Shown: positions 31,878 to 43,372, counted from the stretch's first letter. The stretch: DNA of 64,000 nt from Nostoc sp. (GCA_036918135.1 JBALDB010000008.1:96001-160000); one strand, 5' to 3'. Numbers and translations: made by a program. The notes: generated by a model not told the origin, from the sequence alone.

Positions 31878-32876
31878 TTAGAGTTTAACTTGTGACAAAT
31901 GACTGCGGGGATTATATGTACGTATAGCCCGGATTTTTTCATAATATTCCCGCTCTTGTTGGCTGAGGTCTTTTGGTGGTACGATCGCTACCTTCACCAA
32001 CTGATCGCCGCGTCCACCCTTGGCAAGAGGCCAGCCTTTGCCACGTAAACGCAGCGATTGACCAGAACGCACCCCTGCTGGTAGCTTGACATTAACCATA
32101 CCTTCGGGAGTAGGTACATCAATCGATGCTCCTAGCGTTGCTTCATCTGGGGTAATTGGCACTTCACAAACCAGATTATCGCCTTCAAATTGGAAAAACG
32201 AGTGCGGTTGAAGTTCGACTTTTAAATATAAATCTCCCCGTTGTTGAGTCATGGGGTTGAATTGACCTTTACCCCGCACGCGTAGGCGAGCACCAGTTTT
32301 AGCCCCAGCCGGGATGCGAACATCAATTGTTTCATTACCTAAACTAAAGCGCTTTTGCACACCACCAAATGCTTCGCCAAAAGTCAAAGTGATAGCAGCT
32401 TCACTATCCTGGACAGTACTAGCACCTGGATCTTGAAACCCAAAATCATTAAAGCCACCAAAACCACTGGGGGCACCTGTGGAAGTCCGGTAAGAGTAAC
32501 TTTGTCGCCCACCGCGAGGACTACCACCACCACCAAAGCGTCCTAGCAACTCATTAATAAACTCATCAAAATTGCCGTATTGACTGAAGTCAAAACCGCC
32601 CATATCAACACCAGCACCGCCAGATGGGAAACCTTGACCAGCTTGTTTCCAATATTGACCGAATTGGTCGTATTTTTTGCGTTTGTCTGGGTCTGAGACA
32701 ACTTCGTAGGCTTCGTTAATTTCTTTGAAGCGTGCTTCTGCCTGTTTGTTGCCTGGGTTAACATCAGGATGATATTTGCGGGCTAGTTTGCGAAAGGCTT
32801 GTTTAATTTCCTCTTGAGTGGCAGTCTTACTAACTCCCAAAATTGCGTAATAGTCTTTAAAGTCCGTTGCAGCCAT
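31878..32876 (-). CDS. DnaJ-class (type II/CbpA-like) co-chaperone
   Basis: J-domain with HPD, G/F-rich region, C-terminal domain, no zinc finger. Confidence 0.93.
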   Translation of the reverse strand: MAATDFKDYYAILGVSKTATQEEIKQAFRKLARKYHPDVNPGNKQAEARFKEINEAYEVVSDPDKRKKYDQFGQYWKQAGQGFPSGGAGVDMGGFDFSQYGNFDEFINELLGRFGGGGSPRGGRQSYSYRTSTGAPSGFGGFNDFGFQDPGASTVQDSEAAITLTFGEAFGGVQKRFSLGNETIDVRIPAGAKTGARLRVRGKGQFNPMTQQRGDLYLKVELQPHSFFQFEGDNLVCEVPITPDEATLGASIDVPTPEGMVNVKLPAGVRSGQSLRLRGKGWPLAKGGRGDQLVKVAIVPPKDLSQQEREYYEKIRAIRTYNPRSHLSQVKL

Positions 32877-33038
32877 CTACCAGCCTCCTATAAAAATTAG
32901 CCTTATGTTTTTTGAGATAACAGATGTGCCTGTTTGCCAGGTATAATGCCAAGCAAAATAATCTGATTTTAAATTAACAAAGAATATAGAAAATCAAGTG
33001 TGGTTCTTGCTCGCTGGGCGATCGCAATTTCCGTACCC

Positions 33039-33548
33039 TCAAATTTCTGGAAAATGCATCAGCTTGTCTAGTCCTCGTTCCAAGCTTGGGGGGGTGACGG
33101 TGCATCCGCAAGATGATTTTTTCAGCCACTTGACGTTCTCGCCTTTGATTGCCTGCCAAACACAACCAAACTGGCGTATTTACCTGAATTTCAGTAATGT
33201 GGGTAAAACCCAAGTGAGGCGCTAAGAAAATAATCTGACGGCGATCGCGTCGTTGGGCGTTGGTAAGGTAGATTGCCGTATTTTTTGGGGAAATAGCTTG
33301 TTGGCATTGCTGTTCCACTTCTCGTTAAATCAGCAACCACTATCCCTCAATAGCTTAGGAACCGAATAATTGTCCCCGGATGACATCCGTAGAAATCAGG
33401 TGCATCTGGGGACATTCTGCCAGTAATTGTTTTGCTCTAGTTGACTTCCTGCTACCTGGAAGACCAATAAGTAACAAAAGTGAGGAGTGAGGAGTTAAGA
33501 GTCAGAAGTGAGAAGTGAGGAGTGAGGAGTATTCAGAATTTTATTCAT
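33039..33548 (-). pseudogene. AAA_33 / predicted kinase pseudogene
   Basis: LLIGLPGSRKST (degenerate Walker A), ISTD.IR, TNAQRR, PPSLE.GLD; three in-frame stops, a 3' frameshift and an STRR between the ATG and the gene body. Confidence 0.8.
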
Positions 33549-33567
33549 AACTCCTAACTCCTAACTA

Positions 33568-34857
33568 TTAAATGATTGTTCCATCAGGAATTACAGCATT
33601 TTTTAGCACGACAACGATACCACTACGGATGTAGAAACCTTGACTTTCGCGGTCAGCTTCTTGGACGTTATCTTTATTGATAATTTTGACATCGTGACCG
33701 ATACTGGCGTTTTTATCAATGATGGCACCGCGAATAATTGAGTCAGTACCAATACCTACGGAGATGTCGCCTTTTTCTACATTAGATTGGCGTTCCACAG
33801 AAGCTTGATAAAAGTCTGCACCCATAAGCAAAGATTCTTCAATGACGCAGCCAGATTCAATGCGCGATCGCACTCCCAATACAGAATGTTGAATGCGGCA
33901 ATTTTTCAAAATACAACCTTCGCCAATAATTGATTCTGTGATTTGGCAATCTAATAGTTTACTTGGAGGCAAGTAACGAGCGCGGGTATAAATTGGTGCG
34001 TGTTCATCGTAGAAACTAAAAGGTGGCTGGGGCTGCTGAGTTAGGGCTAAATTGGCATGATAAAATGCTTCGATTGTTCCAATATCTTCCCAGTAATCAT
34101 CAAAAAGGTAAGCTTGAACGTTGTAATCTTTAGAGGCATCAGGAATAATTTCTTTACCGAAATCAGTCCTTTCTGTACCCTCTCTTAGTAACTTGAACAA
34201 AACCTCTTTTTTAAAGACATAAATCCCCATTGAGGCGATGTAAGGCTGTTGCTGGGCTTGTTCTTTTGATAATCCCAGTACACTTGTATCAACTTGCATT
34301 TGGAGTAACGCTTCACCTTTGGGTTTTTCGCTAAAATCGATTACCCTACCAGAATCGTCAATTTTCATCAACCCAAAATCTGAGGCGCGACGCTCATCAA
34401 TGGGGATGACTGAGAGAGTAATATCAGCCCCCGTTTCCCTATGGCGGTGGATAAACTGGCGATAATCCATGCGGTAGAGGTGATCGCCTGAGAGAATTAG
34501 ATATTCTTCTACATCCCATTCTTCCATTAACCACAGGTACTGACGTACAGCATCGGCTGTACCTTGAAACCAGTTAGGGTTTTCTGGCGTTTGTTGTGCG
34601 GCTAGCACTTCCACAAACCCTTCATTGAAGCCAGTTAAGTTGTAGGTACGAGCGATGTGACGATTTAGGGAAGCTGAGTTGAATTGTGTCAGGACATAGA
34701 TTTTGAATAGTTCGGAGTTTATGCAGTTACTTACTGGGATATCGATTAGGCGGTATTTCCCTGCTACTGGTACTGCTGGTTTAGCACGAAGCTTGGTTAA
34801 CGGATAAAGACGCGTACCCGCGCCACCACCAAGAATGATTGATAATACTTTTTTCAC
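33568..34857 (-). CDS. glgC: Glucose-1-phosphate adenylyltransferase
   Basis: [38 protein letters not shown]. Confidence 0.98.
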   Translation of the reverse strand: MKKVLSIILGGGAGTRLYPLTKLRAKPAVPVAGKYRLIDIPVSNCINSELFKIYVLTQFNSASLNRHIARTYNLTGFNEGFVEVLAAQQTPENPNWFQGTADAVRQYLWLMEEWDVEEYLILSGDHLYRMDYRQFIHRHRETGADITLSVIPIDERRASDFGLMKIDDSGRVIDFSEKPKGEALLQMQVDTSVLGLSKEQAQQQPYIASMGIYVFKKEVLFKLLREGTERTDFGKEIIPDASKDYNVQAYLFDDYWEDIGTIEAFYHANLALTQQPQPPFSFYDEHAPIYTRARYLPPSKLLDCQITESIIGEGCILKNCRIQHSVLGVRSRIESGCVIEESLLMGADFYQASVERQSNVEKGDISVGIGTDSIIRGAIIDKNASIGHDVKIINKDNVQEADRESQGFYIRSGIVVVLKNAVIPDGTII

Positions 34858-35105
34858 AAAATTTCTCCTGACTGCCTTTCAACTCTCATCTTCAGTTTAG
34901 GACTGTATGTGGCAGCTGGTAAGGGGGGAGCAGATGATTCTTAGGGATGAATTTTAGAAAATGCTGTTAGGAAAAAAAATTAGAACGTTTGTATTATTGA
35001 ATGAGAAAGATGGGAAGGCGATCGCTATACTTGGTATCTCGACAAAGAATTTATAAAACTAACTACAGAGGAATCAGCAATCTTTAGTAAATAATGGTAA
35101 TTCTA

Positions 35106-35405
35106 TTAAACACCCAAACGGCGTATACCTTTAGTACTATTAACTAAATGCAATTTCTGTGATAATTTTAAAGACTTAACCCAAGGTTGCTCTGACAACT
35201 GGGAAATGGCATTTGATGACAGTGTTGCCGTGAAGAGATTTTGGTCATTTCTCATACCATTAACACCTAAGCTTGTGAAAAAACTAGTTACAACTGGGTC
35301 TGAAACTGGTTCAGTATAAATGAAAACCGCCAAATTCGGTTTTTCTAAGTCTTGAACATTATTCAGCGCTACAGTAAGAGGAGCGTCTAACTTTTGATAA
35401 TTCAT
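35106..35405 (-). CDS. Small protein homologous to the propeptide of the nearby S8 protease
   Basis: MNYQKL..L..A / VFIY..P / TA.L...A...LSE / K.S.KL.L matches residues 1-105 of the 37703..39430 protein. Confidence 0.75.
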   Translation of the reverse strand: MNYQKLDAPLTVALNNVQDLEKPNLAVFIYTEPVSDPVVTSFFTSLGVNGMRNDQNLFTATLSSNAISQLSEQPWVKSLKLSQKLHLVNSTKGIRRLGV

Positions 35406-35660
35406 AATCCATTTCCTGCAAAGATAAGCAAGCCTAGTCAACTGCGTTCTCACAAACTTAGCAAATTTACCGCTGACTATCTCCTATCCTTATGCAGATG
35501 TTAATACTTACTCGTTACTTCCAATTACAGATTTAGCCAGTTGAGCAGACTAAATTGCCAATATTTTAGTTAAAGTTAGTAGATTAGTTTTGATTACTAA
35601 AGCGATCGCCTCTAGCATTCAAGTTGCATTAATTGGCGATCGCTCGATGTGAAAGTGAAG

Positions 35661-37487
35661 TTAGACAATCGCTAAGTTAGTCAAGTTGCCTTTATAGCCA
35701 CTAATCTCAATTACAGCATCCGTCTGGGCAGAAAATCCATTAATGTTATCGTTGAGTGCCAGGAAAGTCTGCTGATAATTGCCTCTACCAAGGGTAAAAG
35801 TTGCCGCAGCTTTAGCCACAAAAGCAGTTGCAGTTAATACCTGTTGTACATCTGATAAATTGAAACTCGCAACAGTGCTAAGTTGAACTAAATTAGCAGT
35901 GCTAACTGCATACAGCCCATCAATTTTGTCTTCACCGATTTTCAAGTCAGTAATTCTATCAAAGCTAGACAACAGCGAATCACTCAGGCTGTTAAACACA
36001 AATTTATCAGCGCCACAACCGCCTGTGAGAATATCACGCCCAGCGCCACCATTGAGAATGTCATTACCGTTGCTACCAACTAGTTTGTCATTTCCGGCTA
36101 ATCCTAAAAGTTTATCGTCGCCGTTTTTGCCGGATATTTTATCATTACCAGCCCCACCAGTGAGTTTATCTGTACCGTTACTACCGTTTAAGGTTTTATT
36201 GGGTACACTTCCTTCTGTAATAGTCTTGCTGATGAATTGACCATTGACATTATATAAATAAGTGGCAACTGCATCAATAGTGCCATTGCTGTTGTAGTCA
36301 ATATCTGCGGTAGTTAGTTGACCATTGGCATCGTAGTTGTAAGTGGTAATCTCGTCAGCGATGCCATTATTATTGAGGTCAGCTACCTGTGCAGCTAGTC
36401 TGTTGTTAACATCATAGCTGTAAGTAGTCACTCGATCGAAGATACCATCATTATTGTCGTCAATCTTCTGTGAAATCAGCTTGCCGCTCAAATCGTAGCT
36501 GTAGCTGCCAACCGCATCAATTACACCATCATTGTTGAAGTCATAGCTGGCGGATGCGCGTCCATAAGTATTAGTAAAGGTTGTGGTTCTGACATAATGA
36601 ATGCCGTAATTGTATTCACTAACCTTGGATGTCTGATTGCCGTTGGCATCATAAGTATAGGTAGAGATCTCTTGTGGGATGTCGTCTAAGTTGCCTAAGT
36701 AATAACTCTCGGATTTCGATGTCAACTTGCCGCTGATATCATAAGTATAGGTTGTGAGTTGCTGACCGCCACCGGAGCCATCTTCGCTGTAAGTAAAAGT
36801 TTCTATTGTAGATGTCAATCTGCTGTTGGCGTCATATGTAGCAGTTCTGGTATATGGAGGGCGACCTTCTACTTGATAAGTGTAGAATATTAGATTGCCG
36901 TTGGCATCATAACTATAGGTTTCGACTTCTTCCGCGACGCCCTCACGAGTTTTGAAGGATGTCACCCTTCCGTTGGCATCATAAGTATAAGTATTAAAAA
37001 AGGTTGTGACACTATCTATGATGCCGTCGCCATCGTAGTCAGAGCTAGAGGATACCGTGTTGCCGTTAGCATCATAAGTTTCGACACGATCGATAATGCC
37101 GTCGCTATCGTAGTCAGTGCTAGAGGATGTCAACTTCCCGCCAGCATCATAAGCATAAGTATATGTTGTGACAGAATCAGCAATGCCGTCGTTGTCGAAG
37201 TCACGGCTATCGGATGTCTTATTGCCCTTGGCATCATAAGTATAAATATCATTAACAATGCCGTCGCCATCGCTGTCACGACTTTCAGATCTCAGGTTGC
37301 TGTTGGCATCATAAGTATAGCTGGTGACACTATCAGCGATGCCGTCGCCATTATAGTCAGTGCTAACAGATGTCAGGTTATAACCGTAGTTAATAACTGA
37401 GTCTATTGTCCCATCACTGTTATTATCTATGCTTTCAGCTATTAAGTTGCCACCGGCATCGTAAGAGTAAGTTGTGGTTGAACTCAT
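35661..37487 (-). CDS. Secreted/surface protein: YD-like (TYTYDANG) and D.D.DG repeats, RTX GG.G.D nonapeptides, C-terminal bluetail-like domain
   Basis: Repeats read directly; C-terminus DSLLSSFDRITD...TFLALND...DAVIEISGY.GNL.NLAIV. Confidence 0.8.
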   Translation of the reverse strand: MSSTTTYSYDAGGNLIAESIDNNSDGTIDSVINYGYNLTSVSTDYNGDGIADSVTSYTYDANSNLRSESRDSDGDGIVNDIYTYDAKGNKTSDSRDFDNDGIADSVTTYTYAYDAGGKLTSSSTDYDSDGIIDRVETYDANGNTVSSSSDYDGDGIIDSVTTFFNTYTYDANGRVTSFKTREGVAEEVETYSYDANGNLIFYTYQVEGRPPYTRTATYDANSRLTSTIETFTYSEDGSGGGQQLTTYTYDISGKLTSKSESYYLGNLDDIPQEISTYTYDANGNQTSKVSEYNYGIHYVRTTTFTNTYGRASASYDFNNDGVIDAVGSYSYDLSGKLISQKIDDNNDGIFDRVTTYSYDVNNRLAAQVADLNNNGIADEITTYNYDANGQLTTADIDYNSNGTIDAVATYLYNVNGQFISKTITEGSVPNKTLNGSNGTDKLTGGAGNDKISGKNGDDKLLGLAGNDKLVGSNGNDILNGGAGRDILTGGCGADKFVFNSLSDSLLSSFDRITDLKIGEDKIDGLYAVSTANLVQLSTVASFNLSDVQQVLTATAFVAKAAATFTLGRGNYQQTFLALNDNINGFSAQTDAVIEISGYKGNLTNLAIV

Positions 37488-37569
37488 TAATTTATATTCC
37501 TTATCTGAGTGATTTCAGTTATGGACTGCGTTTGATTTTATTGTGCCAACTTACTTATTTAGGTAAATA

Positions 37570-37702
37570 ACCTGAGTTCGGCATAAGAAAAGGGGCAGGT
37601 AGTAAGCTGAAAATAGCGTTAAATCCAGCAACCTGCCCTATGCTTAGTTTAGATGCTTTGTTCTACCATGTAGATGATTTCTGTAAGGCTTTTGAAGTGC
37701 AA
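37570..37702 (+). mobile_element. IS982-family left end with truncated transposase start
   Basis: ACCTGAGTTCGG terminal motif; ATG at 37640 gives MLSLDALFYHVDDFCKAFE, the typical cyanobacterial IS982 N-terminus. Confidence 0.75.
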
Positions 37703-39430
37703 TTACAGATTTAGAGTATTAATCAGTCCATAACCCCATTTATCATCAAATGTGCCTGCGGGTTTTCCGGGAATCGCACTATTTTTACGTAGCAAATCTT
37801 TCAAAGTAGCCGGATCGAGTTGAGGATTGCGCTGTAACAGTAATGCAACTAACCCGGTGACGAAAGGTGTCGCCATACTCGTACCAGCCATTGCCACAAA
37901 TTTAGAATTAATCATTGATGAGCGAGCAGAATTGGCATTAGCAGAAAGTGTGGAAACAATCATCGCTCCCGGTGCAGCTATATCGGGCTTTTGGGCATCA
38001 TTGCGTAGAGGGCCTTCACTACTGAATTCGGAAATAGTATCCAAATCTAAGCCGATTTCTTGCACTTGGTTATCAATATCTGTATACTTAGCTTTTGTGG
38101 TGTAAGCTGCAACTGTAACGGCACTGCTAGCGGCTCCTGGCGAACCAATTTTAAGCGCATCCTTGATGCTTTTACCTGTAAAAAACACTGATGACATATC
38201 ATCTAATGTCCACACATTTAGACGTGTGTCAGTTGCAGAAGTATTGCGTAGGCGCAGTTGCCAAATACCTCCCATTACTTGCGAAGGCCCGTTACCACGT
38301 ATTTGTACAAAGAAGTTATGGTCGCCGTTAATTTGATCTGGGCCTGGTGTGACGATTTGTACCCGTGCATCGGGTAACTGATAATCTTGTGTGGGATTAC
38401 CATCAGTAATAATTTTTTGGAAGGGAGTAACAAAACCGTTGGGACTCCGCAGTGACACTTCCAACTCACTGTCTTTGGAATACCAACCGTTTAACCAAAC
38501 TATGCCTAATTGATTTAGAGGAACATTAAAGCGCATCCCACGGGTGCGTCCACTGGGTATTGTTGCTTGACCATGAATATTGATGCTTCCTTCGTTACCC
38601 GCAGCACAGCAAACAATTCTTCCAGGGCCGGTTTCGGCGTCAATCACTTTTGATAAAGAATCGCTACCGTCATGAGCATCAGCGTGTCCACCCAAACTCA
38701 GATTTACTACTGCTGGGCGTCCCAATTCCCTAGCAACTCGAAAAATATAACGAACGCCATCGGCAATGTGGGCATCCTGCATGTCTGACCTAACGACAAC
38801 TAATTCCGCCTCTGGTGCCACACCGCTATAAGTAGCATCAGCACCAGTAGCAATTCCGGCAACGTGGGTGCCATGACCGTCAGTATCCTGAGAAATTGTC
38901 AGTTGCGCTGCGGTAAATTCAGCCCCATAGGGGCCTTCTGTTACTCCTGGGCCTGGCAGGGTTTGATCCCAAATGTGTAAAATCCGTCCGGCAAAAGCGG
39001 GGTGTTTCGGGTCAATGCCACTATCTATAATGCCAACAATTACACCCTTACCAGTCAGTCCACTCTGGTTCTTAAACTCTGGTAGTTTGACTTTTCCTGG
39101 TGCAACATCCATTCGCAAATACAATTTACGTGATGGTTTGATTCGTTGAATTGCATCTTCTTCAGATAAAATATCTAAAGCATCTATTGGTAAAAAAGCT
39201 GTGCGGACACTACCTGAATTTTGATTGACTTCAATATTATATTGTAATAGATAACTCAAATCTGCATTTGGGTCGCAGTAGATAAAAACGACGCTCTTAG
39301 TAGGCTTAACAGTGCTTTTCTGGGCAATAATACCAAGCGATCGCCTATGTGTAACTAAAGCTTGTTCTCCTTCGTTTTGATAATCCTCAAATGCTAAAAG
39401 TAATCCTGGAGAAAGTTTTTCGTACCTCAT
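37703..39430 (-). CDS. S8 family (subtilisin-like) serine peptidase
   Basis: IIDSG, HGTHVAG, AAGNEG, GTSMATP. Confidence 0.95.
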   Translation of the reverse strand: MRYEKLSPGLLLAFEDYQNEGEQALVTHRRSLGIIAQKSTVKPTKSVVFIYCDPNADLSYLLQYNIEVNQNSGSVRTAFLPIDALDILSEEDAIQRIKPSRKLYLRMDVAPGKVKLPEFKNQSGLTGKGVIVGIIDSGIDPKHPAFAGRILHIWDQTLPGPGVTEGPYGAEFTAAQLTISQDTDGHGTHVAGIATGADATYSGVAPEAELVVVRSDMQDAHIADGVRYIFRVARELGRPAVVNLSLGGHADAHDGSDSLSKVIDAETGPGRIVCCAAGNEGSINIHGQATIPSGRTRGMRFNVPLNQLGIVWLNGWYSKDSELEVSLRSPNGFVTPFQKIITDGNPTQDYQLPDARVQIVTPGPDQINGDHNFFVQIRGNGPSQVMGGIWQLRLRNTSATDTRLNVWTLDDMSSVFFTGKSIKDALKIGSPGAASSAVTVAAYTTKAKYTDIDNQVQEIGLDLDTISEFSSEGPLRNDAQKPDIAAPGAMIVSTLSANANSARSSMINSKFVAMAGTSMATPFVTGLVALLLQRNPQLDPATLKDLLRKNSAIPGKPAGTFDDKWGYGLINTLNL

Positions 39431-39839
39431 TTTTGCCTCAAATTTTATTTTTTGGGAAGGAAGAGTTAGAAGTTAAGATATTCTGAATCTTAACTTCCTT
39501 TTTTAGGACTTCGATTGAATGCAACTTGATACAACTCATAATCTATAAAATTAATCCAGTAAGTATCTGAATAATTACGGACAAAGTTAATTGAAAAATT
39601 ATTAAAAATTATTATTGATATCAATATAATTAATCAATTTCGATATGATTTTCTACTAAAAAAATTATAAATATTGATAATATTTCCTTATCAAACAGGG
39701 AAAGATTGTGAATAAAAAATAAAAATAACAAATAATTTTTTCATACTTAATGCCCTATGCCCAATTTTCTATCATAAGTAAGAGTCACAAAGAAGCTAAT
39801 ATTTGCAACGATCGCTTCTGAAGCCACTGAGAGTTATTC

Positions 39840-41312
39840 ATGCAAATTCAAACACCAGACTGGGTGAAGCACGCTGTTTTCTACCAAATCTTTCCAGACC
39901 GCTTTGCTAGAAGTAAAAAGCCACGTAAACGCCTGTTACATGAAGCCCGTTGGGAAGATTGGGATGCAATGCCAACACTGCAAGGGTATAAAGGCGGTGA
40001 CTTATGGGGCATTATGGAGGATTTAGACTATATCAAGGAACTGGGGATAAACGCGATTTATTTCACACCGATTTTTCAATCGGCTAGCAATCACCGCTAT
40101 CATACCCACGATTATTATCAAGTTGACCCGATGCTGGGGGGTAACGAGGCTTTTAAGGAATTGCTCGACGCAGCCCATCAACGCAATATTAAAGTTGTTC
40201 TAGATGGGGTGTTCAACCATTCGAGTCGGGGCTTTTTCTTTTTCCACGACGTTCTAGAGAATGGCCCCTATTCTCCTTGGGTAAATTGGTTCAAAGTAGA
40301 AGGCTGGCCCCTTTCAGCATACAATGGGGAATTCCCTGCTAACTACGTGGGTTGGGCAGGAAATCGCGCCTTGCCACAATTTAACCACGATAACCCAGAA
40401 GTGCGGGAATACATTATGGAAATTGCCGAATATTGGATTAAATTCGGCATTGATGGTTGGCGATTGGATGTACCATTTGAAATAGAAACTCCTGGTTTTT
40501 GGCAAGAATTTCGCGATCGCGTTAAGGCAATCAATCCCGAAGCTTACATTGTCGGCGAAGTCTGGGGAGATTCCCGCCAGTGGTTGGATGGGACACAATT
40601 TGACGGCGTGATGAATTATCTGTTTGCTGGGCCGACAATTGCCTTTGCGGCTGGCGATCGCGTAGTCTTAGAACAAGTGCAAAGCCGCGACTATAAACCT
40701 TATCCACCCTTATTCGCTACCGAGTACGGCACTAAAATTCAAGAATTACTCGAACTTTATCCTTGGGAAATTCAGCTGACTCAACTTAATTTGTTGGCAA
40801 GTCACGATACAGCCCGATTGATGACCATTGCAGGAGGTGATGTACCTAGTGTAGAATTATCAACTCTACTATTACTCACATTTCCTGGTGCTTCCAGCAT
40901 CTACTATGGTGATGAAGTTGGCTTACCTGGCGGCATAGACCCAGACTCACGTCGTGGTTTTCCTTTACAGACCAACTGGAATCAAGAAATTTTCAATACT
41001 CATCAGCAATTAATTGCCCTCCGCCACGCTTATCCGGCATTGCGTACAGGTGATTACCAAGTTCTCTATGCTCAAGGACAACTTTACATTTTCGCGCGAA
41101 CTTTGGAGCAAGAAGAATTGATAATTGGCGTCAACGCTGGGACAAGTTCGGCGACAGCAAATGTAGATATCGCCAGTTTGCATACTCAACCCAACAAGCT
41201 TTTATATGGTAGTGCTGAAGTTGAGTGGAATAGTGAAGGAGAAACTCCGCAGTTGTCGTTAACTATTCCCGAACGAAGTGGTTGCATTTTGGGAGTAGGG
41301 AGTAGGGAGTAG
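39840..41312 (+). CDS. GH13 neopullulanase/cyclomaltodextrinase
   Basis: FYQIFPDRF, DGVFNH, GWRLDV, GEVW, SHDT. Confidence 0.93.
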   Translation: MQIQTPDWVKHAVFYQIFPDRFARSKKPRKRLLHEARWEDWDAMPTLQGYKGGDLWGIMEDLDYIKELGINAIYFTPIFQSASNHRYHTHDYYQVDPMLGGNEAFKELLDAAHQRNIKVVLDGVFNHSSRGFFFFHDVLENGPYSPWVNWFKVEGWPLSAYNGEFPANYVGWAGNRALPQFNHDNPEVREYIMEIAEYWIKFGIDGWRLDVPFEIETPGFWQEFRDRVKAINPEAYIVGEVWGDSRQWLDGTQFDGVMNYLFAGPTIAFAAGDRVVLEQVQSRDYKPYPPLFATEYGTKIQELLELYPWEIQLTQLNLLASHDTARLMTIAGGDVPSVELSTLLLLTFPGASSIYYGDEVGLPGGIDPDSRRGFPLQTNWNQEIFNTHQQLIALRHAYPALRTGDYQVLYAQGQLYIFARTLEQEELIIGVNAGTSSATANVDIASLHTQPNKLLYGSAEVEWNSEGETPQLSLTIPERSGCILGVGSRE

Positions 41313-41411
41313 AGAGAAAAGAGATGAGGAGATTGGGGAGATGGGGGAAAAGTTTTCCCCTCTGCTCCCTTCCCCCTGCCCCCCTCTGCCTCTTCCCATT
41401 CCCCAATCCCC

Positions 41412-41831
41412 TTACTTCCCTGCCACCATTGCAGGCATCAGCACCGCATCAATAATATGGATGACGCCATTGTCTGCCAAAATGTCTGTTTTGATGACAT
41501 TGGCGCCATTCACCTGAATTTTGCCATCAACAGATTCAATAGCTAGAATTGATCCTTCAAGCGTCTCTGCCTCATTAATCTGTACCAAGTCATCAGACCT
41601 GACATCTCCACTCGCAACATGATACGCCACAATTTTCTTAAGCTTGGGAATGTCTTGTAGTAACGAATCTAAAGTTCCCTCTGGCAAATTGGCAAAAGCT
41701 TCATCATTAGGTGCAAAAAGTGTCCAAGAACCAGGACTTTTGAGAACTTCTAAGAAGTCTACAGCTTTAACAGCCTTTATCAGTGTATTGAAATTTCCTG
41801 CTGCGATCGCAGTTTCCACAAGGTCAGCCAT
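41412..41831 (-). CDS. Fasciclin (FAS1) domain protein
   Basis: TLFAPNDEAF, YHV, NGVIHIIDAVL. Confidence 0.93.
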   Translation of the reverse strand: MADLVETAIAAGNFNTLIKAVKAVDFLEVLKSPGSWTLFAPNDEAFANLPEGTLDSLLQDIPKLKKIVAYHVASGDVRSDDLVQINEAETLEGSILAIESVDGKIQVNGANVIKTDILADNGVIHIIDAVLMPAMVAGK

Positions 41832-41982
41832 GAGGGTGCATTACATAATACTATAAGTTACTTATAAAGTGACTAAAATACTCTTAGCCTCTATCAACAG
41901 AAAGGTTGCTGGCAATTGAACACACAATAGCAGAGTGATTTAGTGCTGTTACACTGGAGAATGACCCCAAGAACCACTGATT

Positions 41983-42219
41983 ATGCTTAAGCGTTCTAAG
42001 TTCGAGACAACTCAGTCTCAGATTATGCATCGTGCTGAGGATTTGATTAGTGCAGCCTCAAATCGTTACCGCATTACGGTTCAAGTGGCGAATCGTGCCA
42101 AGCGTCGGCGTTATGAAGACTTTGAAAGTAACGAAGATGCGATGATGAAGCCAGTGTTAAGGGCAATCATCGAGATGTCCGATGAATTGACTCAGCCAGA
42201 AATTATTGGCGAACTATAA
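41983..42219 (+). CDS. rpoZ: RNA polymerase omega subunit
   Basis: [18 protein letters not shown]...[13 protein letters not shown]. Confidence 0.93.
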   Translation: MLKRSKFETTQSQIMHRAEDLISAASNRYRITVQVANRAKRRRYEDFESNEDAMMKPVLRAIIEMSDELTQPEIIGEL

Positions 42220-42342
42220 AAATAGTCATGAGTGCTGAGTGATGAGTGCTGAGTTAGGAGTTAAGAGTTCTAAATTCTCAGTTGTGAATTCTGAATCAGG
42301 CAAATTCATATTTGCACTCAGCAACACCTAAAATCTTGTTCT

Positions 42343-42936
42343 ATGAAAAATAGAAAATTTCGGTTGAAATCAGTTCTTTCAAAACTCAAAACTCAGTACT
42401 CAGCAGTAGTGTTTGCCTTAATCGTGGGTTTAATTGTTTTGGCAGGGTTATCTACTATCCAACCGGGGACGGCACAGACAATTGCTCCCACTGAAGTTTG
42501 GCAGATAGTATACCAAAAATTGCCCGATTTTCCCCGCGAAAATAAGTATATTAGCAAAGAAAATGGCAAAGTTGCCGAAAACAATACCTTAGCAAATCGC
42601 TTGATTCGATATCACATTTATACCAAAGGGCGTGCCCCAAATTATCGCTTAGATTGGAAATTAACTTTAGCTGATTACCTGGGTGCAAATGAAATTATAT
42701 ATGATACTAGCTATCCAGGAAATGATACATTACGAAAGAATCCTTTGGAAGGCGATCGCGCTGCCATTGTCCGTCTGACTCGCAGTCAGCGCAATACCTT
42801 AGTGCAAGTTTTAGTCAATATATTTAATCCTACTTCCCAAACTACACCAGCCCCTCGCTCCAACACCATACCCAGTCCTGCTAGACCGACAACTCCACAG
42901 TCACCCCAAGGTGGAGGTGCGGAATTACTGAAGTAA
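42343..42936 (+). CDS. Conserved exported hypothetical protein
   Basis: Signal/TM segment; LIRYHIY.KGR...YRLDWKLTLADYLG. Confidence 0.75.
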   Translation: MKNRKFRLKSVLSKLKTQYSAVVFALIVGLIVLAGLSTIQPGTAQTIAPTEVWQIVYQKLPDFPRENKYISKENGKVAENNTLANRLIRYHIYTKGRAPNYRLDWKLTLADYLGANEIIYDTSYPGNDTLRKNPLEGDRAAIVRLTRSQRNTLVQVLVNIFNPTSQTTPAPRSNTIPSPARPTTPQSPQGGGAELLK

Positions 42937-43006
42937 TAGGATTTTAAGTTGTAGATTAATAACTCCTAACCTCTTGTACAGACGCGATTAATTGCGTCTC
43001 TAGATT

Positions 43007-43372
43007 ATGGAACGCGTTGTCAAAAGCGGAGCTGGTTGGCGCATTGGCTGGAACCCGGATGCACCTGAATTTAAAGGTTTAATAGGTACAGATGACTGGG
43101 CAATTGAGTTAACCGAAACTGAGTTGAATGATTTTTGCCGTCTGCTGGCACAGCTAGCAGACACCATGAAACAACTCGCAACAGAATTAATGGAAGAGGA
43201 AAAAATTGCCTGTGAAGCTGAAAGCGATTTATTATGGATGGAAGTAGAAGGCTATCCCCAGGACTATACTCTGCGTTTCATCTTAAATACAGGGCGATGT
43301 GGAGAAGGTAAGTGGAATGCTTCTGTTGTCGCAGATTTACTACAAGCCACTGGGATGCTCAAAGTTTTTTAA
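43007..43372 (+). CDS. DUF1818 family protein
   Basis: GWRIGW...LIG...WAIELT...ELMEEE...GR.GEG.W. Confidence 0.8.
   Translation: MERVVKSGAGWRIGWNPDAPEFKGLIGTDDWAIELTETELNDFCRLLAQLADTMKQLATELMEEEKIACEAESDLLWMEVEGYPQDYTLRFILNTGRCGEGKWNASVVADLLQATGMLKVF

Noticed and set aside
35661..37487. Rhs polymorphic toxin
   Set aside because: Lacks the Rhs core DPxG cleavage motif and toxin/immunity arrangement; it ends in RTX and bluetail-like domains.
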